This document shows, one piece after another, positions 55,489-64,000 of a stretch of DNA of 64,000 nt. The notes beneath the pieces were generated by a model that did not search any database, was not told where the DNA came from, and worked only from the letters and a program-made list of their open reading frames with translations. A program made the position numbers and the translations under genes. Position 1 is the first letter of the stretch, and every line of letters starts with the position of its first letter. The stretch covers positions 32,001 through 96,000 of IMG/VR virus record IMGVR_UViG_3300020057_000001; one strand, 5' to 3'. This stretch comes from a virus.

Positions 55489-56010
55489 TTACAAATTAAG
55501 TGAGGGGCCAGAAAGAATTGAGTTTAAAATATCATTTGGAATTTCGCTAGAGCCCGAAGCGGCGTGTTGTCTTTGCTGCGGGCGCTGAGGTGCTTGCGAA
55601 TTTTGGGCAACTTTACCCAACGCGCCTTGCACAGTTTGTGTAAACATTAAAAGATGCTTGTGAGTGGCGTCATGCGTACTGGAGATAACAGATGCCATAT
55701 GGTCTAGCATCTTGTTCAGTTCCCCGACGTCTTCGAAAGTTTGTTCGTTAGTTTGCAACGAGATGATTTCTTTTTCGACGGACGCTAAAAACAACTCCCA
55801 CACGCGAGAACCGCTAGGCTTCGCTAGAACCAGACTTTTGATGTTGGCGTCACGGATAACTTGAACCATTTCAAAAGACCGTTCGACTCTTTCAATAGCA
55901 GATAGAGCTACGGACTTAGGAGGGGCTAGCTCGGGCAAAGCATTTTCTTGTTCTGTATTCGGACCTAGATTTTCCGAATCCAAAGCTTCTAGTTTTTTGC
56001 GTACCGCCAC
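55489..56010 (-). CDS. Hypothetical protein
   Basis: GGAGG RBS and GTG right after the RecA-like stop. Confidence 0.55.
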   Translation of the reverse strand: MAVRKKLEALDSENLGPNTEQENALPELAPPKSVALSAIERVERSFEMVQVIRDANIKSLVLAKPSGSRVWELFLASVEKEIISLQTNEQTFEDVGELNKMLDHMASVISSTHDATHKHLLMFTQTVQGALGKVAQNSQAPQRPQQRQHAASGSSEIPNDILNSILSGPSLNL

Positions 56011-56011
56011 C

Positions 56012-57163
56012 TTACCCTCCCAATTCCATATCAATAATATCGTCGTCTGGAGTATACCCGTTTGGATTTGCCATGCAAGCGGCGACGACCGATCTGTACG
56101 CATTCTCGTCGTCACGTAGAGCTTTCAGGGTTTTCTCTTCACCGTGAAACTTGTGTTCTTTACCATCTACCTGAAACGCCCACCATTGCGGGTTAGATTT
56201 TCCCGTATCGGGATTTACAGGATGATATACAATCCCGAGTTTTGTAGCGAGAGAAAAAAGGCTCTTGTCTTGCCGAATAATACGGCAGGTATCAAAGTCA
56301 GCCATGATCTCAGCGACCTTCCCCTCCATTGTCCCCCGCGACTTAACGATCTTGATGCGGACGGTCTTGCCCGTAGCGACTAAAGAGTCACGCTCTTTCG
56401 ATTCAATGATATTACCCGTGTTATCGACCTGCGATTCCTTACGGTTTACCGTCTCTGTAAGGAGCATACACTCAGCCTGAAACCGTAGTTTCTGGCCGCC
56501 TGTGATGATCCACTTGTTACCCGTTTTCTGGAAATCCATATCTTCGATTGCGTGCTGGATCAGGAAAATAGTCACGTCGTATTTAGCGGCAAGGTCGTTT
56601 AAAAACTTAGACAGGGTACCAACAACTTTTGCCATACCGCCGAACTTGTTCCCAGCGTCTTCGATGTTCCCTTCTGCGATCTTTTTGAGTGCGTGAGGGT
56701 CTTGTAGACCCCCTAAAGAATCTACGATAATAGCTGCTATCTTACCTTCGCCCGCTTTTAGACTGTCTTCAATAGTCTGCAACGTGCCAAAAACTTCGTC
56801 CACCTTTGAAGACGAAAAAATGGCAGTTCTTTCGAGGTCAATGCCGAATTTACGGAGACGCGATACACGCTCGGGCATGTTGTAATAGTGTTCAATGTCT
56901 TTGATAATAATGATGGAATCCGGTATTGCTCTCTGAAGCTTTGCGGCGGCAAGAGTGGCAAGAAACGACTTACCCGAGCCCGAAGGTCCGGCCAGTACGT
57001 TCAAACGGCCTCGGAAAAATCCACCCCCTAAAGCCCATTCTAAAAACGGCTCGTCGATCTTGACGAATGTAGGCGGGCGAGATGTGTCTTTTTCGATTGC
57101 GGCGGCGCTTGTCGCACCGTCCATTTTTTTAAGCAATGAACTCATAAACTTGGGTGTAGCCAT
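56012..57163 (-). CDS. RecA/UvsX-like recombinase
   Basis: ALGGGF.RGR, GPSGSGKS, DIEH, IIVDSLGGL, TGGQKLRF, KIVKSR. Confidence 0.9.
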   Translation of the reverse strand: MATPKFMSSLLKKMDGATSAAAIEKDTSRPPTFVKIDEPFLEWALGGGFFRGRLNVLAGPSGSGKSFLATLAAAKLQRAIPDSIIIIKDIEHYYNMPERVSRLRKFGIDLERTAIFSSSKVDEVFGTLQTIEDSLKAGEGKIAAIIVDSLGGLQDPHALKKIAEGNIEDAGNKFGGMAKVVGTLSKFLNDLAAKYDVTIFLIQHAIEDMDFQKTGNKWIITGGQKLRFQAECMLLTETVNRKESQVDNTGNIIESKERDSLVATGKTVRIKIVKSRGTMEGKVAEIMADFDTCRIIRQDKSLFSLATKLGIVYHPVNPDTGKSNPQWWAFQVDGKEHKFHGEEKTLKALRDDENAYRSVVAACMANPNGYTPDDDIIDMELGG

Positions 57164-57175
57164 TCACAAACTCCT

Positions 57176-57199
57176 AAAAAAGAAAGAGGCAAAGCCTCT
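57176..57199 (-). terminator. Intrinsic terminator
   Basis: Minus strand AGAGGC-TTT-GCCTCT-TTCTTTTTT. Confidence 0.65.
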
Positions 57200-57224
57200 A
57201 GTGTTACAAAAGTGCAAGCTGAAA

Positions 57225-58043
57225 CTATTTACGAATTCTCGCCTGAGTAGTCACGTTATCACGTATGTTCAAAGAGTCAACAAAGCTCTTAAACTGCATA
57301 TCTGTACCTGAAAAGCGCTTAGCTTTTACGTCCAATGGGGCTGAGACTAGGGGACACGCAGACCAAGTCACTTGAAACTGGCCAAAAGGCGTATTCAGAA
57401 TCTCCTCTAGGGTCTCTTTAAAAGCTTTCTTGGAGCAAGTAAGGTTAGCGTTACGGTCGGTCACACCTTCTTCAGCGAGGTCCGTACCAAACGACCACCA
57501 GTCACTTCGTGTTTTTGCTTTAAAAGCCGCGTACGAAATACCGATGCGCTTTGCTTGCGCAATATCCATCAGCTCTGCCATGCGTGTGAGAAATTTAACG
57601 AACGATTCTGCATTCGGTGCTTGCTGCTGGTTCAGCCCGTAGGACGTAACATGCTGCATCGAGATCGACGAGTAATTTGAAAGCCTTAAGTCGCACGCTT
57701 CAAGAATTACAAATGCCATGGAGATTGCGATGTCCGCAAAACATGTGATCTTCTTTTCTGACGCGCGAATATAGCTGATAGCTTTCATTCCGGCTAGAAC
57801 TGATCCACCTGGAGAAGTGATAACGACAAACACTTCGTCGCTAGGACTATTGGCGATGTCTTTTATTAACTTTGAGACGCTCTTGTCGTCTACTGGGCCT
57901 CTCAGGGTGACCGTGTTGCTAGGGTCAAGCTCGATGGTGTCTGGAGTTTTTGGAAGATTCTTTTTTTCCCTAAACTCAAACCCCAGGGCGGTACCGGAAA
58001 ACAAACTCATTGCGACTAACGCCGAAACGCAAAACTTGAACAT
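57225..58043 (-). CDS. ClpP-like serine protease with N-terminal signal peptide
   Basis: SPGGSV, AISMAF (Ser), MQH (His), DWW; signal MFKFCVSALVAMSLFSGTALG. Confidence 0.8.
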   Translation of the reverse strand: MFKFCVSALVAMSLFSGTALGFEFREKKNLPKTPDTIELDPSNTVTLRGPVDDKSVSKLIKDIANSPSDEVFVVITSPGGSVLAGMKAISYIRASEKKITCFADIAISMAFVILEACDLRLSNYSSISMQHVTSYGLNQQQAPNAESFVKFLTRMAELMDIAQAKRIGISYAAFKAKTRSDWWSFGTDLAEEGVTDRNANLTCSKKAFKETLEEILNTPFGQFQVTWSACPLVSAPLDVKAKRFSGTDMQFKSFVDSLNIRDNVTTQARIRK

Positions 58044-58108
58044 ACGTGTCCTTTCTAATGGAAGACTACTTAAACATTACCATGTTTTTGTGAAATAATC
58101 AAAATTGG

Positions 58109-58136
58109 AAAACAGAGGGTGGGTGCGCCACCCTCT
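58109..58136 (-). terminator. Intrinsic terminator
   Basis: agagggtgg-N5-ccaccctct stem with minus-strand GTTTT tail. Confidence 0.65.
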
Positions 58137-58139
58137 TTG

Positions 58140-58652
58140 TTAAAACCCCTTGGAGCCGGATACACCGGAGGAGTCACGATAACCATAGGCGATAGAGCGG
58201 GTAGAACTGAGAGCCATGGTGATCGCTAATTTAATAGAAGCGAGCTGTTCAACCAACGCTTGAAAGAACCCCTCCTGCAAAAAGAAGCCTTGTACTTCTT
58301 TATCCATTGCCACAAAAGCCGCTCGCATGTCTGCGGTACCCTTGTTCCCTGTAGTGTTACACCAGTCGGGAAACTTCTCTAGAGCGGCAATAGCTTCGGC
58401 GTTCTTACGAAAGACTTTCGTCTCATTTAGTTTAAAAAGCGCCGACGCATAGTAGGTGCCTGCAACCATAAGACCTTCTGAAAGAGTAGACAAAGCCACG
58501 GGCGCCGTGGACTCGGTCACATTTGTAAGGTCCGAAGCTTGGACAACATATCGGGCTAGAGCTTCGTGTGCCTTGTCTAGCGTCAGGCTTGCCTGCTGCG
58601 GGTTGGGGTACACGTTGTTTAGGCTCAACGAGCCAAGCGTTGTTAAACTCAT
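58140..58652 (-). CDS. Helical protein, possibly a UvsY-like recombination mediator
   Basis: Position between SSB-like and RecA-like genes; TADMRAAFVAMD.EV segment. Confidence 0.4.
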   Translation of the reverse strand: MSLTTLGSLSLNNVYPNPQQASLTLDKAHEALARYVVQASDLTNVTESTAPVALSTLSEGLMVAGTYYASALFKLNETKVFRKNAEAIAALEKFPDWCNTTGNKGTADMRAAFVAMDKEVQGFFLQEGFFQALVEQLASIKLAITMALSSTRSIAYGYRDSSGVSGSKGF

Positions 58653-59917
58653 TACCCACCTGCTTTAGGAGGTAGGTTGGCTGCCATAAACTGCGCCAAG
58701 TTAGGCACGGCAGACGGTGCCACTGGAGGAGGTGTAAAAGCGGGAGCCTGCGCAGCGACGTGTTGCGCAACAGGTACTGCATAGGTCGGCTGAGGCGCAG
58801 GTACTGCATAGGTCGGCTGAGGCACAGGTTGTACGTATTGTGGCTGTGCCGCTTGCACATGTTGTACGGCTTCTACCTGCAACACATGCTGTACATGTGG
58901 TACATGTGGTACGGCTTCTACCTGCAACACATGTTGTACATATTGTGGCTGTGCTGCTTGCACGTCGTCTACCTGCAACACAGGTGCGGTAAAGCCAGCG
59001 GGTGTAGGAGGAGGCGTTGGTCCGGTAGCTGCGACAGCACCTTCTGTTTTCAAGTACTTCGCTATGCGCTCAGAAATGGATCGCGGTAGCGTCTTAAAGC
59101 CGTTCTGTGCGTATTCGTTTACTTCGTCGACAGACCACGGGAAATTATTGACGTGCGCCACTGGGTCGGGAAGAGTAGCGGTATCTAATTGGAGGATCGC
59201 AGGATGGACTGGCGCGTCAATTATCATTGGTATGCTCATGGTCTGACCTGTTGCCGCATCGGTAATAGTGCGTAGCTCTTTTGCTGGCTCTGCGTGATAG
59301 CGCGTGTCCATGAAGGTAGAGCCAGTACGCCACAGCTTTGCCCAACCTTTGGTTGCATTTAGGTTGAAAAGATCGCCTTCATTGTTTTTGCGCATAGAAT
59401 CTGTAAGAGATTCAACCGCCGCAGCAGTCCCCCAAGCTGGCTTGCCAAACAACTGATCCGTGATGGTTCGGCTCGTTGTGAGGACGTGCACTTTCGGGTC
59501 GTTTGGGCAGATAACCAAGATAGCTACTTTAGTCTGCGGTTTAATAGCTTTATGTTCGTTTTTCATTTGGTTGTATTGGTGAGCATATTCGGGAAGCTTG
59601 TCGAAGCCGCCCTTTTCCCACTCTTTAATCGTCTTCTGGAGCGAGTCAGCATACTCTTTTTGCGGGTCTTTGAATCCGCTTAGCTCGAGGGAGGGACGTG
59701 TCCAGTTTTCTGCCTTACCGTTGCGGACGATTGTGTAGGGCATTTGGTCGTACTTAAGATACTTCAGGAAGTTTCCCTGTGCATCTTTCTTAGAAAGGAT
59801 CGGAACTACCTTGATGTAGATAGGATTGTCTTTAATTGTCTTCGTCTCAAGGCGGGTCGAAGAAGACTGTGTGCCGGAAACTTCTGAAGCGTTGTATGCA
59901 GTACCGAGAGTAGTCAT
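58652..59917 (-). CDS. Probable single-stranded DNA-binding protein with low-complexity Q/V/P/H tail
   Basis: Replication context; RTG....TRY segment reminiscent of gp32-like SSBs; repeated VQAAQPQYVQ/PQPTYAVP. Confidence 0.4.
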   Translation of the reverse strand: MTTLGTAYNASEVSGTQSSSTRLETKTIKDNPIYIKVVPILSKKDAQGNFLKYLKYDQMPYTIVRNGKAENWTRPSLELSGFKDPQKEYADSLQKTIKEWEKGGFDKLPEYAHQYNQMKNEHKAIKPQTKVAILVICPNDPKVHVLTTSRTITDQLFGKPAWGTAAAVESLTDSMRKNNEGDLFNLNATKGWAKLWRTGSTFMDTRYHAEPAKELRTITDAATGQTMSIPMIIDAPVHPAILQLDTATLPDPVAHVNNFPWSVDEVNEYAQNGFKTLPRSISERIAKYLKTEGAVAATGPTPPPTPAGFTAPVLQVDDVQAAQPQYVQHVLQVEAVPHVPHVQHVLQVEAVQHVQAAQPQYVQPVPQPTYAVPAPQPTYAVPVAQHVAAQAPAFTPPPVAPSAVPNLAQFMAANLPPKAGG

Positions 59918-59959
59918 TGTATTTCCTTATGCCTATACGGCTGGTGTGAGTATGGATGT

Positions 59960-60511
59960 CTATTGTTTTGACTTCCGTGGTCGTTTATCGGAAGTCTTTT
60001 TTGGGACTTTAGCTTTTTCTTTTACCTCCTTTCTAACAACACCTTCTTGGTTAGTTTTTAATAGGTGGCAAGGTCCGCAGAGTAACTGTAGCCGATGCTT
60101 AATTGAGTTGTAAAGCGCAAGACGAGAATTTATTTTTGGGTCCCATACTTCTACGTCTACAAATTCTCTAGCTATCCAGGTGTTGAAATCGACGTACCCC
60201 GTTTGCGGGTTTATGACAGGCTCGACGTGGTCTACCTGTACCTGTGTAATTTTATTAATTTTTTCAGGAAACCACTGCTTGCAGTGATTGCACTGGTACT
60301 CGACTCTTCGTGCCTTTGACGGAGACCCGTCTTGTTTAGTAACCAGACGCTCGCGTTTATTAAACTCTTTTACAACGGAAAAAAGAGGACTTCGAACAAA
60401 GACTTTTTTCAAAGCTGAAATCACGCTAGCGCGTAAAACAAACTTGTACTCTTTTTTCTTCTTTTTGACGCCGGTATCTGGGTCAGTTTTCTTTTTCACA
60501 TGCGCCGCCAC
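59960..60511 (-). CDS. HNH endonuclease
   Basis: YQCNHC, VQVDHVEPV, LQLLCGPCHLLKT. Confidence 0.85.
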   Translation of the reverse strand: MAAHVKKKTDPDTGVKKKKKEYKFVLRASVISALKKVFVRSPLFSVVKEFNKRERLVTKQDGSPSKARRVEYQCNHCKQWFPEKINKITQVQVDHVEPVINPQTGYVDFNTWIAREFVDVEVWDPKINSRLALYNSIKHRLQLLCGPCHLLKTNQEGVVRKEVKEKAKVPKKTSDKRPRKSKQ

Positions 60512-61527
60512 ATTCTGTTCGCAATACCTAAAGGCATACCTCCAAATTGTTTTGCTACATCTACTTCTACAAATTTCGAGTATCCAACTTCTTCACGCCA
60601 CTCTTTAGCGATGATACTCAACGCCTCTCGGCTATGCATTGCGTCCTCAGTCCAGCATTTAGCAATGTAGTCGTCACCCCAGATACGGAAGTTGTCGCCG
60701 TGGTTGTCACGCCCTTGTGCCCTACATGCGGGACACGGAAGGTCGACACCCGATGGCTTGTACTCGACACTGTTCTCCTCACAATACCAATCGAGCATAG
60801 CTATGATGTCTGTACGGTCTTCTTCTTTTTTAGGCGCGCCCCAATTGTGCGAAAAAGGGTCAACCGCAAGCTCTTCTTTGGTGCGAATGACTGTGCTGTT
60901 CTCTTGTGGGAGGTCGGACAACGGTACCGCGCGCCGCACTTCTAGCACTGTCTGCTCAACGTCCCCTCGCCAACATCCAGGAAAGCGAGACCACCGCGCA
61001 GGGTCGTTACAGCCTTGGTCATTCATTCGATTAAGGCGTTTTGACAAAAAGAAAAAGATTTTCTTAAAAGTCTTTTCGTCGATCGGCTTTTGCGCTCCAC
61101 CAAGAGTAAAGATACGGATCAGGTAGTGGTAGCTTTTTCCACCCGAAAACGTTTTAGTAGTCCACGGTATACCGGAGGCTTCCATAATTTTTTCTTGTTC
61201 GTCTAGCGGAATTGGTTGACCCTCTAGGGGATGGTGCTTTGGATATTTGTCAAACTCGATTAGGAACGTGCGCGAAAGAGCGGCGGAGTTAGCTCGAACT
61301 TGCGTCGATCCAGTAGACGGATTACCGCAGAGGAAAACGCCCTGCGGTCCTTTGTGACCGATCCATCGCCTAGCTTCGTGTAGAGGGATAGAAATACACG
61401 CTCTGTTCAATTCGTCGGTGACCCAAACAAAATCGTCGGGATCAAATAGAACGTCTAAGGCTTGTTGTGCAAGGTCATTCGCTAACATGCTGGGTTTCTT
61501 GAGGGATGTAGTCGACATAGATACCAA
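60496..61527 (-). CDS. Primase (AEP/RepB-like) with C-terminal zinc-binding domain
   Basis: LIEFD, FSGGKSYH, DPARWSRFPG; CPAC. Confidence 0.75.
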   Translation of the reverse strand: MVSMSTTSLKKPSMLANDLAQQALDVLFDPDDFVWVTDELNRACISIPLHEARRWIGHKGPQGVFLCGNPSTGSTQVRANSAALSRTFLIEFDKYPKHHPLEGQPIPLDEQEKIMEASGIPWTTKTFSGGKSYHYLIRIFTLGGAQKPIDEKTFKKIFFFLSKRLNRMNDQGCNDPARWSRFPGCWRGDVEQTVLEVRRAVPLSDLPQENSTVIRTKEELAVDPFSHNWGAPKKEEDRTDIIAMLDWYCEENSVEYKPSGVDLPCPACRAQGRDNHGDNFRIWGDDYIAKCWTEDAMHSREALSIIAKEWREEVGYSKFVEVDVAKQFGGMPLGIANRMWRRM

Positions 61528-61948
61528 ACTCTCCTAGTAAATCTAGACCAAGACCTTTGAATTTTCTAAAAACTACGCGCTTGATACCCACGAAAGCGAT
61601 GTGCTTGGCGCAATCAGGGCAGGGCGAGTGCGTTACGTAGAGTGTAGCACCTCGAGCGTCGTCTATGTTCGTACAGGAAAAAAAAGCACGCATCTCTGCA
61701 TGTACAATTCGAGGATGCTTGTAGTCCGACTGCATGTCAATCGGCCAGTAGTTAAACAATGGCGGAAAAGAGTTGTAGCCTTCCGCGACTACGTAACCTT
61801 CTGTATACGCATATGGAGCAGGGGGGACACGGTAAATAATTGCACCTACCTGCGTCTTAGTGTCGTGGCTGCATTCTGCGGCAGCTTCCGCTAAGTCTAG
61901 CATTTTGTTGTCGAAATCCGTGTCGTAGGTAGGTTTATTTTCGGCCAT
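61475..61948 (-). CDS. dCMP deaminase
   Basis: QVGA, GYN, HAE, PCPDC. Confidence 0.9.
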   Translation of the reverse strand: MAENKPTYDTDFDNKMLDLAEAAAECSHDTKTQVGAIIYRVPPAPYAYTEGYVVAEGYNSFPPLFNYWPIDMQSDYKHPRIVHAEMRAFFSCTNIDDARGATLYVTHSPCPDCAKHIAFVGIKRVVFRKFKGLGLDLLGEFGIYVDYIPQETQHVSE

Positions 61949-62954
61949 TTTTTTTCTCCTTCTTGTCTGCTTCCACGTCTAGTTCTTCTTGCTTCTTGCC
62001 GAATTTAGACCAATCATCCGGTACCTCCTCGTTCTCAAACCGCTCTCTGCTCGATTCGTACTTAAAGGCGCTCACCGCAGTATAAGGAATACCTGGATAG
62101 CGGAACTTATCACACTTGATAATTGTGTAGTTGTCTACACGCCCGATGATCAGTACGTGCGTGGCATCCTCAATTGCACCTTTACCATTTCGCGCTACGG
62201 AGTATGCGTCCCATGTTCGGGGGTGCTTCTTTACATCTGGGCTGTACCCTTGCTGAAACGTCACGATGGGCGCGAGCTTTAGGCGCTGGTTGCAGAGAAT
62301 CTGAAATCGCGTGGTAATAAATTTTATCTGCTTGAAAGGGTCTTTTATGTTGAGCGTTTTAGAGTTTTCGGGGTTGTACGTGTTACCCGTGTTACTGAGT
62401 TGGTCAAAAAGAGTAAGTTCAGCGCCGAAGTGCTGCGATTGCTCGACGACGTAGTCGGCTACCGAATCCCAACAAGTTGTAACACTCATAGACGTCGTAG
62501 TGTCGTAGATACGGACGTACTTTACAGCGTCTTCAGCGACTTTACGTAAGTCAGCAATCCCTTTGATTCTGCCGATAATCGTCGAGATCGCGTACAGGTA
62601 CGAGTATATGTCTAGCTCGTTACTAAAAACCGCAACCATACGCTTCTGCATAATCATCTTAGCTGCCACATGGTTAGCAAACGTGGACTTCCCATGCCCT
62701 GAACGTGCAAACACAACTGTTAAGCTGTCGAGGTGCACGGGGACGTTAAAGTCGTCATGAAATATTTTGAACGCAGAGGCTTTCCGCTCTTCTACGTAAG
62801 TAAACCCCTTGTCGATCTCTTCTGCGGTCTGGTTGCGAATCTCGTTTACACTAAAAGGAGAGACTTTAGGCGCTTCGACGACGTAGCCGCCCGCAGGCGA
62901 CCACAGCGAGTCGATCTCGGATTCGGTAGGTACACCGGTGTACATTTCAGCCAT
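61935..62954 (-). CDS. DnaB-like (SF4) replicative helicase
   Basis: FARSGHGKS, FSNE, LFDQL, IEDAT, KFR. Confidence 0.75.
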   Translation of the reverse strand: MAEMYTGVPTESEIDSLWSPAGGYVVEAPKVSPFSVNEIRNQTAEEIDKGFTYVEERKASAFKIFHDDFNVPVHLDSLTVVFARSGHGKSTFANHVAAKMIMQKRMVAVFSNELDIYSYLYAISTIIGRIKGIADLRKVAEDAVKYVRIYDTTTSMSVTTCWDSVADYVVEQSQHFGAELTLFDQLSNTGNTYNPENSKTLNIKDPFKQIKFITTRFQILCNQRLKLAPIVTFQQGYSPDVKKHPRTWDAYSVARNGKGAIEDATHVLIIGRVDNYTIIKCDKFRYPGIPYTAVSAFKYESSRERFENEEVPDDWSKFGKKQEELDVEADKKEKKNGRK

Positions 62955-62955
62955 G

Positions 62956-64000
62956 TTATTTCGCTTCATAGAAATTGTTACCGACAGCAAATCCAAATCT
63001 CATGTTTAAGCTCCATTTAAGCCAAGCGTTGACACGGTCTTGCGCAACTTCTTTGGCCTTTCGGCAATCCTCTAGGTCGACTTTAGGGCATTCTATAATT
63101 ACTTCATCGTGGATGATGGTCACGAACTTAGCATACGGTGCTTCTTCTAGCAAGAATCTGGTAAAGTTCTGAATAATTGGGTTCACAGAAGACTGTATCA
63201 TCCAGTTGAATGCTTTTCTAGGTTCGGGGGTACCTCTGTATCCTAGAGGGTTTACAAGAAACTCCTGACGTTCGACGATCTGTTTTTGTTTGTCGGCGTA
63301 TGCTTTAATGCCCGAGAACACGTCCCAGTAGCGATACCAAAATTTCTGCACGTCTTCAAACCGAACATCAAAGCCTGACTCGGTAACTGACTTATGAATC
63401 TTTGCAGCGCCCGCTCCATACGCAATCGCCAACGCGCATGTCTTGTGGATGTTTCTGATCTTTTTCAATTTTGTTTTGATCACTTCATCGTCAGCCAACC
63501 ACTGTTGTGCAAACGTCTTACCCGACCAGTCCGCCGCGAAAGCTTCGCGAAGAACTGCGGCACCGAATGGCGAAAACGACATGGACATTAGGTACAGATC
63601 GCTAATCAGCATGACGTCTTTTTCGTAGTAAGGTTCTTTACCAATCCCCGTCAAAGAAGCGTGTGTGTACAGCCGGTCTCCCGTGTACACACTGGTAATT
63701 GTGGGTTCACAGCCTAGGGCGTCTGCACTGATCAAAATATTATCTGCACTTGAAGGGAGCAATGCAGACATTAAGCCGGAATCCCTGCGCCCTAGAGCTT
63801 GAATATTTGCGCCGCCGCCACCTGCGTACCTCCCCGTGACAGTCCCACACAAGCGCAATGTGTGGTGCCAGCGGTCGTCTTGCGTAGATAAGAGTGCAAG
63901 TTTAGCGGCTTGTGTTTTAATCAAGAGGCGCTTTCCTCTGTTCTGGACAATTTCGCCAGGACGACCCCACTGATGCATGTGAGCGCTTCTAAATGACGGA
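62956..64000 (-). CDS. Family A DNA polymerase, 5' truncated
   Basis: TVTGRY..NIQ, motif A ADALGCE, motif B KTCALAIAYG, N..IQS, motif C IHDE. Confidence 0.92.
   Translation of the reverse strand, partial: PSFRSAHMHQWGRPGEIVQNRGKRLLIKTQAAKLALLSTQDDRWHHTLRLCGTVTGRYAGGGGANIQALGRRDSGLMSALLPSSADNILISADALGCEPTITSVYTGDRLYTHASLTGIGKEPYYEKDVMLISDLYLMSMSFSPFGAAVLREAFAADWSGKTFAQQWLADDEVIKTKLKKIRNIHKTCALAIAYGAGAAKIHKSVTESGFDVRFEDVQKFWYRYWDVFSGIKAYADKQKQIVERQEFLVNPLGYRGTPEPRKAFNWMIQSSVNPIIQNFTRFLLEEAPYAKFVTIIHDEVIIECPKVDLEDCRKAKEVAQDRVNAWLKWSLNMRFGFAVGNNFYEAK

Noticed and set aside
1-64000. Stop-codon reassignment
   Set aside because: Conserved genes (PolA, ligase, ThyX, RecA) are uninterrupted in code 11 and all three stop codons terminate genes
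1-64000. Prophage or bacterial chromosome origin
   Set aside because: No integrase, att-linked tRNA or host housekeeping operons; gene content is phage-like throughout

Overview
A 64 kb fragment of a large tailed dsDNA bacteriophage genome (Caudoviricetes), truncated at both ends, standard genetic code. No rRNA, tRNA, CRISPR array, integrase or IS was seen. Virion genes lie almost all on the + strand: head morphogenesis F/gp7 protein, prohead protease, about ten Ala/Ser/Thr/Gly-rich fibre-type proteins (two with S74 chaperones) and two lysins. They are interleaved with minus-strand islands of replication, nucleotide and accessory genes: PolA, DnaB-like helicase, primase, RecA-like, SF2 helicase, ATP ligase, ThyX, dCMP deaminase, two methyltransferases, an AAA+/VWA pair and several exported proteases. 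The strongest signal not explained by the ORFs is regulatory. Thirteen sigma28/FliA-type promoters (T[A/C]AAGT[T/C][T/C]-N11-nnCGA[T/A]nn) precede non-structural genes, a separate GTAAAAT element precedes structural genes, and one sigma54-type promoter with an upstream dyad sits next to a Fis-type HTH gene. This points to a phage tuned to a flagellar/attack-phase programme, possibly of a Bdellovibrionota-like predator (inference). Other highlights: polyvalent head-packaged effectors (ADP-ribosyltransferase, Nudix, two GNATs) punctuated by L-x-K-[S/A] putative maturation sites; a C5 methyltransferase split over two overlapping frames; a protease gene inserted by duplicating a promoter-containing 37 bp segment; a structured ~105 nt leader RNA; and a shared N-terminal docking motif on three fibre genes. 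All assignments come from motif reading by eye, without database searches.
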